Below, piece after piece: positions 10,953 to 21,360 of a stretch of 64,000 nucleotides of DNA. Source of the DNA: Histomonas meleagridis 2922-C6/04-290x. Lineage: Eukaryota > Protista > Parabasalia. The stretch lies in assembly GCA_020184695.1 (NCBI GenBank), contig JAANOX010000241.1:372001-436000 (forward strand), written 5' to 3'. Every line of letters starts with the position of its first letter. The stretch's first letter is position 1. Position numbers and translations under genes: made by a program. The notes beneath the pieces were generated by a model that saw only the letters and a list, made by a program, of their open reading frames with translations, searched no databases and was not told where the DNA came from.

Positions 10953-13685
10953 ATGATTTTTTTACTATGCATTATGTATCAATTTTTTCTTAGTAATACT
11001 GGAAGTGACAACAATGATGGTAAAAATGTAATGACCCCCTTTAAAACATTTAACAAACTTTTGAATCGGGTGACTGAAATACGCCGAGAGAATAATTCAT
11101 TAATCAATGTTATGTTTGTTGATAAGGAATATAAGTTAGAGGAACCAATTCAGATGAATTCATCACATTCAAATATTTATTTTTCTTCTGCAGATCAAAA
11201 TTCACCAACAACAATTTCCGGAGGGATTGAGATTAGTAACTGGGAAAGGGATTCAGATCGTAGCTATCTCGTAAAGTCAAAAGTTTCAGATAATTTTTAT
11301 TTTGAATCAATTTGGGTCAATAATGAAGAACGACATAGAGCCCGTCATCCATTTTTCTATCGAACTCACTCGCTTGTAGGCGTTTTTCAAGAGTATATTG
11401 AAGAAAAAAAATATTTTGAAAATACATATTTTCTTGATCCTGATGACATTAAAATTATATCACAACTCACCACAGAAGATATTAATAATTTAGTGATCCG
11501 TTTTTTTGTTAAGTGGGACACTGAAATCGAACATATCCATGAGTTAAATCAGGATGAAGGATATGTTAAAACTTATGGAATTTCGAATTTTTCGAGAGCA
11601 TCAGCTCCTATTTTAGTTTCTACCACGAAGTACATTCTCGAAAACTCTATTATCTTTTTAGATTCCATCAAATCGAAAGGAATGTGGTATCTTGATAACA
11701 ACACGCATTACCTATATTACTTCCCATATGATGGTGAATGTGATGATAGAGATAAGCTTCAACAATTTAAAGTCACAATCCCTTTGATACAAGATTCGAA
11801 TCCGATCACAATTCGAAATACAGAAAACGTCACTTTTCGAAACATCAAATTCAAATTTTGCGGGTTAACTATACCTCTGCCATCGGGATATAATCCTACG
11901 CAATCAGGCTCAGGCATAACATATTCATATCTTTATATTGATCGTTCTTCTAATATTCATTTTGAAAATATTGAAATTTCACATCATTCTCTGCACTGTA
12001 TTTATTTTTATTATTGTAATAATTGTTCGATTACTCATAGTTTATTTGAATATTTTGGTATTTCAGGTATTCGAATGAATTATTGTACGTATATGAAAAT
12101 AGATAATAATATTATTCGATATGGAGGACAATGGGTCGAACAAGGCTGTGGTATATTATTTCAACAAGGTTCATATGTTAACATTACGCATAATGATATT
12201 AGTAATCTTTATTACACAGGTATATCAATTGGATGGGTTTGGGGATATTCTAAAACGCAAACACATCATAACTTATTATTATATAATCATATTCATCATT
12301 TAGGGTTTCAATTACTTTCTGATATGGGTGGAATTTATCATTTAGGTATTGATGAAGGGACACATTTATCTAATAATTGGATACATAATGTTGATTCAAG
12401 TAGTTACGGTGGTTGGGGATTATATACTGATGAAGGCTCATCTCATGTAACACTTGAAAATAACCTTGTTTATAATACTTCTGATGGTTCTTTTCATCAA
12501 CATTATGGGAATAATAATACGGTGCAAAATAATATTTTCGCATTTTCGAAAAGTTATATTTTAATGGGATCAAGAATCGAAGATCATCTTTCTTTTATAT
12601 CTAATAAAAATATATTATATTATGATAAAGACGAATTATTTTCTTCGTTACTTTATGATGAAAGTTATCAAGTAACAATGGATAATAATATTTATTGGAA
12701 TCCTTTAATAAAAAACGCAACTTTTAATAAGCAAAGTTTCGAAACATATAAAAACAAATATAATAGAGATAAAAATTCATTTGTTATAAATCCTTTATTT
12801 GTTAATCCTGAAAATTATGATTTTCATTTTCGAAATGAAGAATCAATCCAAAAAATAAGTTTCAATAAATTTGAATACACAGATGCTGGTGTTTATGGAG
12901 ATAATGAATGGATACAAAAGGCTAATGATTATATAGTTCATGAAATGTTTGGATATAAGCCACAACTTTCTTTGATCGATAACTTTGATAGAATTAATAA
13001 ACCAATATATTATAACTTGGAAGGAACTAAAGGATATACTTATGTAACAAATAAAAAATCTTATTCAGGAACTTATTCACTTGCTTTAGACTCATCAACA
13101 AGTTCATCATTATCTATTCCGCCATATTTCGCATATACTGTTCCTTCATTATCAGGGAATAAAACATTTTCTTGTTGGATTAATGCACCTAAAGAAGCTG
13201 TTTTATATATTCAAGTTCGTGATAATTCTTCTCCTTTTGTTTCTTCCCCATCAATACGAATTTCAAATGGAAATTTATTGATTGGAACAGGAGCATCTCA
13301 AAAAACTATCGAATTTATTCCGGATCAATGGTTTAAAATTTATATGAATGTTGGATTTGGGAAATATAGAACACAAAATATTACTTTAGGCGCTGAAATT
13401 AATGGTAATAAAACAGAAGTCTCTCAAGAATTAAACGAAAATTTCAATCTACAAAAAACTATGGTGTTCGCTAACACAGCAGCTTTAAATTATACTGTGT
13501 ATTTTGATGACTTTTATGACGTGCTAGAAACAGATGAAGATGAAGTAGAAAATGTACCAATGCCAACACCTTATGTTGCACCTGAACTTGTGAAAGGGTT
13601 TATTTCGGGTATGGTATTGGTTTGTTCTATTGTAGTAGTTATTGTCGTACTAATAATTGTAATTTTAATAAAAAGGAACAAATGA
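10953..13685 (+). CDS. Membrane-anchored right-handed parallel beta-helix protein (pectin lyase-like fold, putative carbohydrate-active enzyme)
   Basis: 910-aa intact ORF. It has the N-terminal motif TGSDNNDG..TPFKT, PbH1-type repeats, DMGGIYHLG...GGWGLYTDEGSSHVTLENNLVY...FHQHYGNNNTVQNNIFAF, and a C-terminal TM plus KRNK. Confidence 0.9.
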   Translation: MIFLLCIMYQFFLSNTGSDNNDGKNVMTPFKTFNKLLNRVTEIRRENNSLINVMFVDKEYKLEEPIQMNSSHSNIYFSSADQNSPTTISGGIEISNWERDSDRSYLVKSKVSDNFYFESIWVNNEERHRARHPFFYRTHSLVGVFQEYIEEKKYFENTYFLDPDDIKIISQLTTEDINNLVIRFFVKWDTEIEHIHELNQDEGYVKTYGISNFSRASAPILVSTTKYILENSIIFLDSIKSKGMWYLDNNTHYLYYFPYDGECDDRDKLQQFKVTIPLIQDSNPITIRNTENVTFRNIKFKFCGLTIPLPSGYNPTQSGSGITYSYLYIDRSSNIHFENIEISHHSLHCIYFYYCNNCSITHSLFEYFGISGIRMNYCTYMKIDNNIIRYGGQWVEQGCGILFQQGSYVNITHNDISNLYYTGISIGWVWGYSKTQTHHNLLLYNHIHHLGFQLLSDMGGIYHLGIDEGTHLSNNWIHNVDSSSYGGWGLYTDEGSSHVTLENNLVYNTSDGSFHQHYGNNNTVQNNIFAFSKSYILMGSRIEDHLSFISNKNILYYDKDELFSSLLYDESYQVTMDNNIYWNPLIKNATFNKQSFETYKNKYNRDKNSFVINPLFVNPENYDFHFRNEESIQKISFNKFEYTDAGVYGDNEWIQKANDYIVHEMFGYKPQLSLIDNFDRINKPIYYNLEGTKGYTYVTNKKSYSGTYSLALDSSTSSSLSIPPYFAYTVPSLSGNKTFSCWINAPKEAVLYIQVRDNSSPFVSSPSIRISNGNLLIGTGASQKTIEFIPDQWFKIYMNVGFGKYRTQNITLGAEINGNKTEVSQELNENFNLQKTMVFANTAALNYTVYFDDFYDVLETDEDEVENVPMPTPYVAPELVKGFISGMVLVCSIVVVIVVLIIVILIKRNK

Positions 13686-14006
13686 TTTTAATAAAAAACA
13701 TATACATGGATATTTTTTTATCAAAGAAAATTTATTGAAACAAAAGATATAACATATTCTTAGAAGGAGGTTACTACAATAAGTAAAAAAAGACCAAATT
13801 GCTAAAAATCCGTTGATTGATTATAACGTGAGGTAAAGAGGTAACTTTTTGGCAGTTTTTAATTGGCACAAAATAAACCGGGAAAATGATTCAAAAAGTT
13901 CATAATATTATGACATTTAATTGAATATTGAAAACAAACACATTTTTGTGCATTCTAATGTCAAAACATGTTTTGAGATCTCCACTCAAAATCATTTTTA
14001 TTTTTG

Positions 14007-14387
14007 ATGAGCATTGTTGATCAAAGAATACTAAAGGATATGCCCCAACATTCAGGTATGGCATTTAAGCTTCCTGGAAATGTTGCAGATGAGTCTAAAT
14101 TAAAAGAAAGAAAAATTGAACAATTAAAGTTTCTTGTTTCTGGTGTTTCCAATGAAGAATGTATAGAAGCTTTAGAAAAGAGTCAATATAATATTAATAA
14201 TGCTGCAAATCTTCTTATTGATAAAAATAATGATGATTATGAAGAACCAAATGAAAAGATTAAAATTAGCGATGAAATCAAAAAGAAATATGGTCATTTA
14301 TTAAGTTTCTTTGAGATAGCTCAAGTTCTACTTCTTTGTAATAATGATGAAGAAGAAGCTATTTCTATATTGGATACAATGGTTTGA
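14007..14387 (+). CDS. Small protein with UBA-like domain(s)
   Basis: KIEQLKFLV..VSNEECIEALEKSQYNINNAANLL matches the UBA pattern, with a second degenerate copy at the C-terminus. An Inr-like TCATT lies at about 13992 and the ATG at 14007. Confidence 0.7.
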   Translation: MSIVDQRILKDMPQHSGMAFKLPGNVADESKLKERKIEQLKFLVSGVSNEECIEALEKSQYNINNAANLLIDKNNDDYEEPNEKIKISDEIKKKYGHLLSFFEIAQVLLLCNNDEEEAISILDTMV

Positions 14388-15031
14388 CAAATGCTTATGT
14401 TTAATAAAAAACATATTTGGTTATTTCAAGCACGCTTTCTTTTTGCCTTCTTGAATGTTCAATTAAAGTACGATCAAAATCAACTTTTTCAATACTTTTT
14501 CGAAAAAATAAGTTTTTGTTATTGGGATTTCTCACCGTATATAAAAAATTTTTTAATTTCCTCTTGATGAACAAAATAACTCTACATAAACTTTAAATAG
14601 AATATTTAACTTATTTAATGACAAAATATTTGTATATTCAATACATAAGATCTGTAATCGACCACGGAAAAAACACTTCAAATAACTTGCCATAAAGAGT
14701 GAAAACCGATAAATATGAATGGCTCATCGAGAAAAAAAAAAGATATTTCGTGATATCATATTAGAGAAGAAATAGCAGCCAATTCATCGCCTTTGAGAAG
14801 GCGTTGAAGATTCTCCTGAAATTGAGACAAATTTTCAAGAAAATTTGATCCTATTTGATCATAAAAAATGAAATAATTTCTGTTCAAATACTTTCTTAAA
14901 CATTTGAAGTTCTACTGAAAACGCCCTTTCGAATAATAATAAAATCGATTTTATTTTTCTTTTGTTATAAATAATTTTAAAATGTTTTCTTTTACTCGTT
15001 TCCTCCAATGACCGTTTAATAACTTAATCAA

Positions 15032-15451
15032 ATGGAAGATGAAAACGAATTTGTTATCCAAGGAAAATTCATTGAAGTACATTTTCCTTCGTTTGAACTC
15101 TGCCAAAGAGATGCGCTACATTTTACACTTTTCTCTAATAAAGGAATTTATACACCAATGCCATCTCCATTAATTTGTTTTTCAGAATTAACACCAAAAA
15201 TTCCAATACCAGATATTCCTGAATCAGGTACAGCAGATCTGCTTCTTATTTCTCTACAACAAGGATTAGAAAATTTATCATTTATATCACCCTTATCTTC
15301 AACAAGAAAACCACTCAAAAAGCCAACCCGAGAATTCATCTCCCAAACAGAGCCCATGCAGTTTTATGAATATAATCCAGAACTTGAAAATGATCCTTCT
15401 TTTCAAAAATTGAAATATGATCTGGAAAAAACTTATTCAATTTTTGATTGA
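15032..15451 (+). CDS. Hypothetical protein
   Basis: 139-aa ORF with ATG and a protein-like composition. Confidence 0.65.
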   Translation: MEDENEFVIQGKFIEVHFPSFELCQRDALHFTLFSNKGIYTPMPSPLICFSELTPKIPIPDIPESGTADLLLISLQQGLENLSFISPLSSTRKPLKKPTREFISQTEPMQFYEYNPELENDPSFQKLKYDLEKTYSIFD

Positions 15452-15823
15452 TTACTGTCTATTAAGCGCACCCCACAAAGCGAATGATAGCTATCACCTA
15501 TACATATATATATTTAGTATTTTAAAAAAATCCAAATATTTATCTAATAAAAAATATTTCACCCAAACAACTCACATGTAATCCTAACAAGCATGAATGT
15601 GAAATCCTAAATTTTATACACATAAATTGAAATGAGTAACATGTGTAATGATATCATAATGACAAAGAATACTTAGTGAGATATTTAAGTTTCCTTTCTT
15701 CATTTAAAAGAAAAAAGATTGCTTAACAAACAAGCATGAGAGGAATTAACAACAAAAAATGCCGAACGTTTGGTTGCAGGGTTTTAATAAACTAGTCAAA
15801 TCAATTTCAATTTTGTGTAATAA

Positions 15824-15831
15824 AACGGTTT
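15824..15831 (+). promoter_or_regulatory. M3-like core promoter element (RRCGGTTT)
   Basis: AACGGTTT ends 21 nt before the Rab ATG and matches the Trichomonas motif-3 consensus as recalled. Confidence 0.5.
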
Positions 15832-15852
15832 TGCCAAAAAAGAACCAACGCC

Positions 15853-16455
15853 ATGAAACATTTCAAGGTTATCTTGCTTGGATCCTCACACTCAGGAAAG
15901 ACATCAATTGCTCATCGTTATGTTCATAAGTCTTTCACACAAAATACAGTTGCAAGTACACAACCAGCATTTTTCCAAAAGGAAATAAATCAATCTGGAT
16001 ACCATTTCATACTTGACATTTGGGATACTGCTGGACAAGAAGCATTTCACTCTTTAGCTCCTATTATTTACAGAGATGCACGTGGAGCTCTTATTATTTT
16101 TGATATCACTGATCCTTCATCATTTAAAACTGCTTCCAAATGGGTCAACGAGCTAAAACAAGCCAATGGCGACATGACTCATATGATTCTTGTTGGTAAC
16201 AAATCTGATTTGGCATCCTCTCGAGCTGTCACAAGAGAAGAAGCTGAAAAGTATGCACAAGCAAATCACTTTCAATACTTTGAGACATCAGCAAAGACTG
16301 GTCAAGGAATTGAGTCACCATTCTTTGCCATGGGAAGACTAATTTCTGAGGATAAAAGACAAGATTTTACAAAAGGAGAAACTCTTAACAAAAGAAAAAC
16401 TAACATTCGCTTTGACGAAACTCAAGGTCAAGAAGAAGAAGGAAAATGCTGTTAA
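15853..16455 (+). CDS. Rab GTPase (Rab5/Rab21-like)
   Basis: GSSHSGKT P-loop, WDTAGQE, NKSD, ETSAKT and C-terminal CC prenylation site. Confidence 0.97.
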   Translation: MKHFKVILLGSSHSGKTSIAHRYVHKSFTQNTVASTQPAFFQKEINQSGYHFILDIWDTAGQEAFHSLAPIIYRDARGALIIFDITDPSSFKTASKWVNELKQANGDMTHMILVGNKSDLASSRAVTREEAEKYAQANHFQYFETSAKTGQGIESPFFAMGRLISEDKRQDFTKGETLNKRKTNIRFDETQGQEEEGKCC

Positions 16456-16568
16456 ATTTAACCTTTACTTAAACATGACTTTTTATTTTATCAAATTACT
16501 CAGAAAATCGTAAAACGAACGTTAAAATTTGAGGACTTTGTTCGATCGGTTGTATTTGCGAAGTTGTG

Positions 16569-17864
16569 ATGAAGGAAACCTTTGAGAGGAGGTCAGAAAA
16601 ATTAATTTTACCATCAATTAACCCGTTCAAAGACCAGAATACGAATATAGTATATGAATTAATGAATGGTTCTAAAGATGAAATAATTCAAACATTAGAA
16701 AAATACGTTTTCAATTTTTTCCCTATATGTATGGTACCATGTCCTAGCCAAGATGTTATTCAAGCTTTACTTCAGTTAGAAAATTCACCAGTGAAAGAAA
16801 TTTCATCAAACGCATTAAGAAATTTATGTTTGATTTTCAAAAATTTTATCGAACCTCGAGATTTCTTATTAGAAAATAATTTCCATTTCAAAATATTAGA
16901 TTTTTCAGATCAGGTTTCAATACTTCAAAATATTCCTGATCTAGGAAACATTTTTCCAAAGATTCTTTTTGATTTAACATCAGCAGGTTTTGTTCAAAAT
17001 CTTGTTATGAATCTTATAAACAGTAATGATGATATTTATTTAATTTCTTGTTTAGATGTTTTTTCATATTTTATAGATAAAAAGATTCCAGAAGCAATAA
17101 ACCTTATTTCAAACGTTCTTACAAGGTTAAATTTCTTTGAGTGGTCAATAGTACAAACAACATCATTAACATGTCTTGAACATTGCCTTACTTTTGTCTC
17201 ATCAGCTTTGGTCGAAAACGGTTTTTTCGCAGAGCTCATTCAAAAAGCTGCCGACTTTATGCCGCGTCCGCTTTCGATCACGATGGAAATTTTTTTCATC
17301 CTTTCGAATGAAGGTTATCTTAATTACCTTCTTCAAAACAATTTAATTACATTATTAATAAATGTTTTAACAATAGAAGATGATGAAAGAAAAATTTCTC
17401 TAGCTTCTTCATTTAATATTATTTCATTAATTATTGGACAACTTGGAAATAAAGGTGTCGATCTTTTCTTTAGGTATTTTTCAAAGCCAACCGAAAAAAT
17501 TCTTAAAGAAACAGCATATGATGATAAAGTTCCTCTTATTTCGATGTTAACACATTTAATACCATTTGCAAATGATGCAAAAGTTTCGGCGTTTTTGGTG
17601 GAAAATGATATAATTTCTATGTTTGTGGAAGCACTGCAAACAGATTTCAATGATGCATTTTGTGATATTCTTGTCGCTTTTCAATCATTGAATACAATGC
17701 ATGAATCATCATCACTTCCAGTTGACTTGGATAACAATGTTGTGGACATATTTGAATCGATTGAGTTCTCAGAAACACTCGATAAAATGATAATGTACGG
17801 AGAAAAAAAAAATGAAAAAATGAAGATCTGTATCGAAATGGCAAATCAGTTGTTAGGTAATTAA
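16569..17864 (+). CDS. Hypothetical helical (ARM/HEAT-like) protein
   Basis: Long intact ORF (ATG at 16569) with a Leu/Ile-rich helical-repeat character; no specific family recognised. Confidence 0.8.
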   Translation: MKETFERRSEKLILPSINPFKDQNTNIVYELMNGSKDEIIQTLEKYVFNFFPICMVPCPSQDVIQALLQLENSPVKEISSNALRNLCLIFKNFIEPRDFLLENNFHFKILDFSDQVSILQNIPDLGNIFPKILFDLTSAGFVQNLVMNLINSNDDIYLISCLDVFSYFIDKKIPEAINLISNVLTRLNFFEWSIVQTTSLTCLEHCLTFVSSALVENGFFAELIQKAADFMPRPLSITMEIFFILSNEGYLNYLLQNNLITLLINVLTIEDDERKISLASSFNIISLIIGQLGNKGVDLFFRYFSKPTEKILKETAYDDKVPLISMLTHLIPFANDAKVSAFLVENDIISMFVEALQTDFNDAFCDILVAFQSLNTMHESSSLPVDLDNNVVDIFESIEFSETLDKMIMYGEKKNEKMKICIEMANQLLGN

Positions 17865-18157
17865 TAAATAGTTTTTTATCATTTGCTTTTGTTATTATTG
17901 ACTAATAAATAGCAAAACAGTTACAAAATGTTTTGTTCTTGACAATTGTGTTTGATCGATCTCATCGTTTGTATCGTCGATAATTGAAAGACCAAAACGA
18001 CAAAATGAGAAGATATGGAATCTAATTCATATAATGAAGATGAGACGGAATAAAGAATACATTAGGAAACTAAATCGATTGTATTATATAAAACATATTA
18101 GAAGAAACCAAAAAATGATATAGCAATGGAAAACGACAAACATTTGTGCAACAATGC

Positions 18158-18197
18158 GACATGTGATGTGGTAATACATCGGTTCTAAAAAACCGCT
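18158..18197 (+). promoter_or_regulatory. Conserved upstream block of C1A protease 1
   Basis: GACATGTGATGTGGTAATACATCGGTTCTAAAAAACCGCT is conserved with the paralog's upstream region (27772-27810, minus strand) and contains a reverse-oriented RRCGGTTT. Confidence 0.7.
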
Positions 18198-18205
18198 CAA
18201 GATAA

Positions 18206-19597
18206 ATGTTTTCAGCATTCTTGGCTCTCACATTATGTGACCCAGTTATTCCCCAATGGCCACCAAAATATCGTATTCGTGGTACATGGAGTATCCCATA
18301 TCAAAAAATTAGAGAGCCTGTTGAAATTCACGTAGATACTTTTAACACACCTGCACGCCAAAGCGAAATCAAATATGGAGGTGCACAACGCATTGTTCAT
18401 ATTCTTGGTAATAGATCCTACACAATTCAGGAAACACCATTTGATAAGGTTTCTTGTTTATTTAGTGAAATTCAAGATCCTGCTTCAGACGAAATGCACC
18501 AATACCTCCCTGATCCAAAGGATGAAGGATGGGTTTACGAAGGTGTTCATGTTCTTCTTGGCAAGAAATGTCACACCTGGAAGAAATCGAACATCGAAAA
18601 TGTAGCAAATTGGTACTACATGTTTTATCTTGACGTTGATTCAAACCTTCCTGTTCGTTTCTTCCAACATGGTCTCTCCATTCGTCATTCACATCCGACA
18701 GATTACATTTTTGATGTTGAAGATTTCGGCCCAATTACTGATGAATCAGCCTTCCTCCTTCCAACCACATGCCACAACATTGAAAGTGGTGGTCCATCCC
18801 ATCATAATCCACGAAAATTTGCCCGTGACATTTCATTACCACCACGCAGCAATTCTCTTTCTCCATACTGCACCCTTCTTCCCAAGCTTTCAGGCACAGT
18901 ACCCAGTGAATTCTCATGGCGTAATGTTCCAGGAGTTGTTGATCTTCCACGTGATCAAGCCACATGTGGATCCTGTTGGGCGCAAGCTGCAGCCAATGCC
19001 ATTTCTTCCCAACTAGCTCTTAGAGGTCTATCCAACCACACCATTTCAGTTGCACAAATCAACGATTGCACATGGGGCCATAATAACTATGGCTGCGAAG
19101 GCGGTAACACAGATGAAGCCTACGCATTCCTCTCGGCAAACAAGACGATCCTTGTACCCGAGGACGAGTATCCATATCTCGGTATCGTTGGCAAATGCCA
19201 AAAAGTGACAAAGGACAGTTACAACACTAAAATTGGCTATGTCAAAGGCTGTTATCAAGTTCCACAATTTGACGACGAGCAACTGAAACTTGCTGTGTAT
19301 CAAAAGGGGCCATTGAGCGTCTATATATTAGCAAGCTTGCCAACATTCACTGCTTATCAAGGTGGCGATAAGCCATATTTCGACGAAAAATGTACAGCGC
19401 AGGCAGAAACTGATCACGTCGTGCTGCTGACAGGATGGAAGAAGTTCGGCGACGACTGGGCGTGGGAAATCCAAAACTCGTGGTCCGACTTCTGGGGAGA
19501 CAACGGATACGGTTACATACAGCACGGCGACTACGACTGTGGGCTGACGCAAAGCGCATTCTTACCTATTGTTGAGCTTTATGATGAGAATGAATAA
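18206..19597 (+). CDS. Papain-family (C1A) cysteine protease with a long N-terminal domain (26/29-kDa-proteinase/CfaD-like)
   Basis: Signal peptide and intact catalytic motifs DQATCGSCWA, TDHVVLLTGW and QNSWSDFWG. Confidence 0.95.
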   Translation: MFSAFLALTLCDPVIPQWPPKYRIRGTWSIPYQKIREPVEIHVDTFNTPARQSEIKYGGAQRIVHILGNRSYTIQETPFDKVSCLFSEIQDPASDEMHQYLPDPKDEGWVYEGVHVLLGKKCHTWKKSNIENVANWYYMFYLDVDSNLPVRFFQHGLSIRHSHPTDYIFDVEDFGPITDESAFLLPTTCHNIESGGPSHHNPRKFARDISLPPRSNSLSPYCTLLPKLSGTVPSEFSWRNVPGVVDLPRDQATCGSCWAQAAANAISSQLALRGLSNHTISVAQINDCTWGHNNYGCEGGNTDEAYAFLSANKTILVPEDEYPYLGIVGKCQKVTKDSYNTKIGYVKGCYQVPQFDDEQLKLAVYQKGPLSVYILASLPTFTAYQGGDKPYFDEKCTAQAETDHVVLLTGWKKFGDDWAWEIQNSWSDFWGDNGYGYIQHGDYDCGLTQSAFLPIVELYDENE

Positions 19598-20019
19598 AGA
19601 AAACCATTATCCAAATAGTTGCGATAACATTTTTAGATGAATTTTGTAATTTTCTCTGATGAAGTGCGACAACGTAAATTAAATATAATTATTACTTTGT
19701 TTATTGCATTTAATGTGATCAAAGTGTGCTTTATTTTCTGGATCTTCAATACATGTATTGTATCGCAGTTATTCTCTAATAGAGATATTTGATGTTACTA
19801 TTATGACCCTCTATTATCATTTATCAATATATTTATAATTTTTTACTAAAATTTCTCCTAGAATTGGACATTCGGTTGACATATCATAATCATTGTTAGC
19901 AACACAATATATCCAATAAAATTTTATAAATTATATGCTGAAACTTAACATAGTATGTAATGTAGTGCCACTCAAAGGTCTAAAGCCCTTAAAAAATAAA
20001 AATTGATTTAGCAAAGAAT

Positions 20020-21189
20020 TTATAGAACTTGGTTGATCACTCTTATTATTTCAGCTGAAGAATGATTTTTGGTAAGTGCCTTCAGCACCATCATTTTTCC
20101 TAAGTCATCTGGGTTCATTTTTCCAAACTTCACATAGAACACGTCCAGCACCTTCTGGAATTCTTCTGTTAAAGGTGATTCTCTATCTTTCATGATCCAT
20201 TCATAATTTTCAGGGTCAATTATCTTTACGATTTTAGAAAGAGTTCTGTCTAATTTCATTGTTTGTTCTTCTAATTGCTTTCTTAATGAAGTTCCTTCAA
20301 ATTTCCGCATCTTATCAACTTTTTCCATCCATCTTAATGATGTTTCTGTTGCTTCACGTTGTGGTAAAGTATCAATTATAGAATATGATTTGATTGATGC
20401 TTTTTGTGTTTTTGGTATACCTAAAAAGTTATCGATTGCAATTTTCTTCATATCTTCATTACCATAATACATAACATGTGACCCATGTATATTTTCTTTG
20501 AGCTTATAATAAAAATCACTAATTGTTTGTGTTGGATTTCTATCCATTTCTTCTAACCAATATCTTGTAAATTCATTAGTCAAACTTGCTGATAAACTAG
20601 AATCATAAATCGCAGCATATGAAGATTCTTTTTCATTAGCAGCTGTAATAATTGCCATGTTTGGTGCTGTGAATTTTTCGGCTAAAGATCCTGAATAACA
20701 TGCTTCAATTCCAAAGAAACAATATTTATAAAGTCGTTTGATATACATTTGATTAAGTGCTTCATTAAGTGGAGTGGTTCTAATCTTTCCACCAGTTGGA
20801 TCATCTAAAGTATCTGGACCACCATGGTTATCATAAAATACAAAAACATAATCTTCTGCTGTGGAAGGAAGTGATGTTAAAACTTTGTAGAAATTATCTG
20901 CTGTAACATCGTCCCCTCTATAATTAATTGCATCTGAACCTGGATAAACATTTACATGAGACAATTCATGAAAGATTTGTCCACTAAATGGATTATATGT
21001 ACTTGTTGCAAGATCATCATACATCATTAATGTGATTTCAGATTTGCTAAAACCGCGATTAAGAAGACTTTTATAAAATGTGCAAATATCAGCTTGATGA
21101 CGATAATTAGCCCAGCTTTTAGAACCAGCAAATAAAACTGCATAACGCTTACATGAAATTGCTGTGAATAAGCAAATGAACATGTTCAT
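20020..21189 (-). CDS. LGMN: Legumain / asparaginyl endopeptidase (family C13)
   Basis: YAVLFAGSKSWANYRHQAD, MMYDD, catalytic His in YDNHGG and catalytic Cys in IEACYSGS; signal peptide. Confidence 0.97.
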   Translation of the reverse strand: MNMFICLFTAISCKRYAVLFAGSKSWANYRHQADICTFYKSLLNRGFSKSEITLMMYDDLATSTYNPFSGQIFHELSHVNVYPGSDAINYRGDDVTADNFYKVLTSLPSTAEDYVFVFYDNHGGPDTLDDPTGGKIRTTPLNEALNQMYIKRLYKYCFFGIEACYSGSLAEKFTAPNMAIITAANEKESSYAAIYDSSLSASLTNEFTRYWLEEMDRNPTQTISDFYYKLKENIHGSHVMYYGNEDMKKIAIDNFLGIPKTQKASIKSYSIIDTLPQREATETSLRWMEKVDKMRKFEGTSLRKQLEEQTMKLDRTLSKIVKIIDPENYEWIMKDRESPLTEEFQKVLDVFYVKFGKMNPDDLGKMMVLKALTKNHSSAEIIRVINQVL

Positions 21190-21360
21190 GATAAACAGTT
21201 GGAATGAAAAAGTAGTGTGTGAGGTGAAAAGACTTTAAACATTTTACGCCCATTGAATATTCAGATAGACATTCAATATTTGAATAGAGGGAGGTAGAAG
21301 CCACATCAACAAAACGTGAGGTCAACCTTTCAAATTTCTACCTGAAATAACCTCATAATA

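Noticed and set aside
18375-19559. Many short alternative-frame and antisense ORFs over the protease genes (likewise at 26410-27742, 34667-36695, 49874-50358 and 59688-61171)
   Set aside because: They are shadows of well-supported CDSs, have no family motifs, and arise from codon bias.
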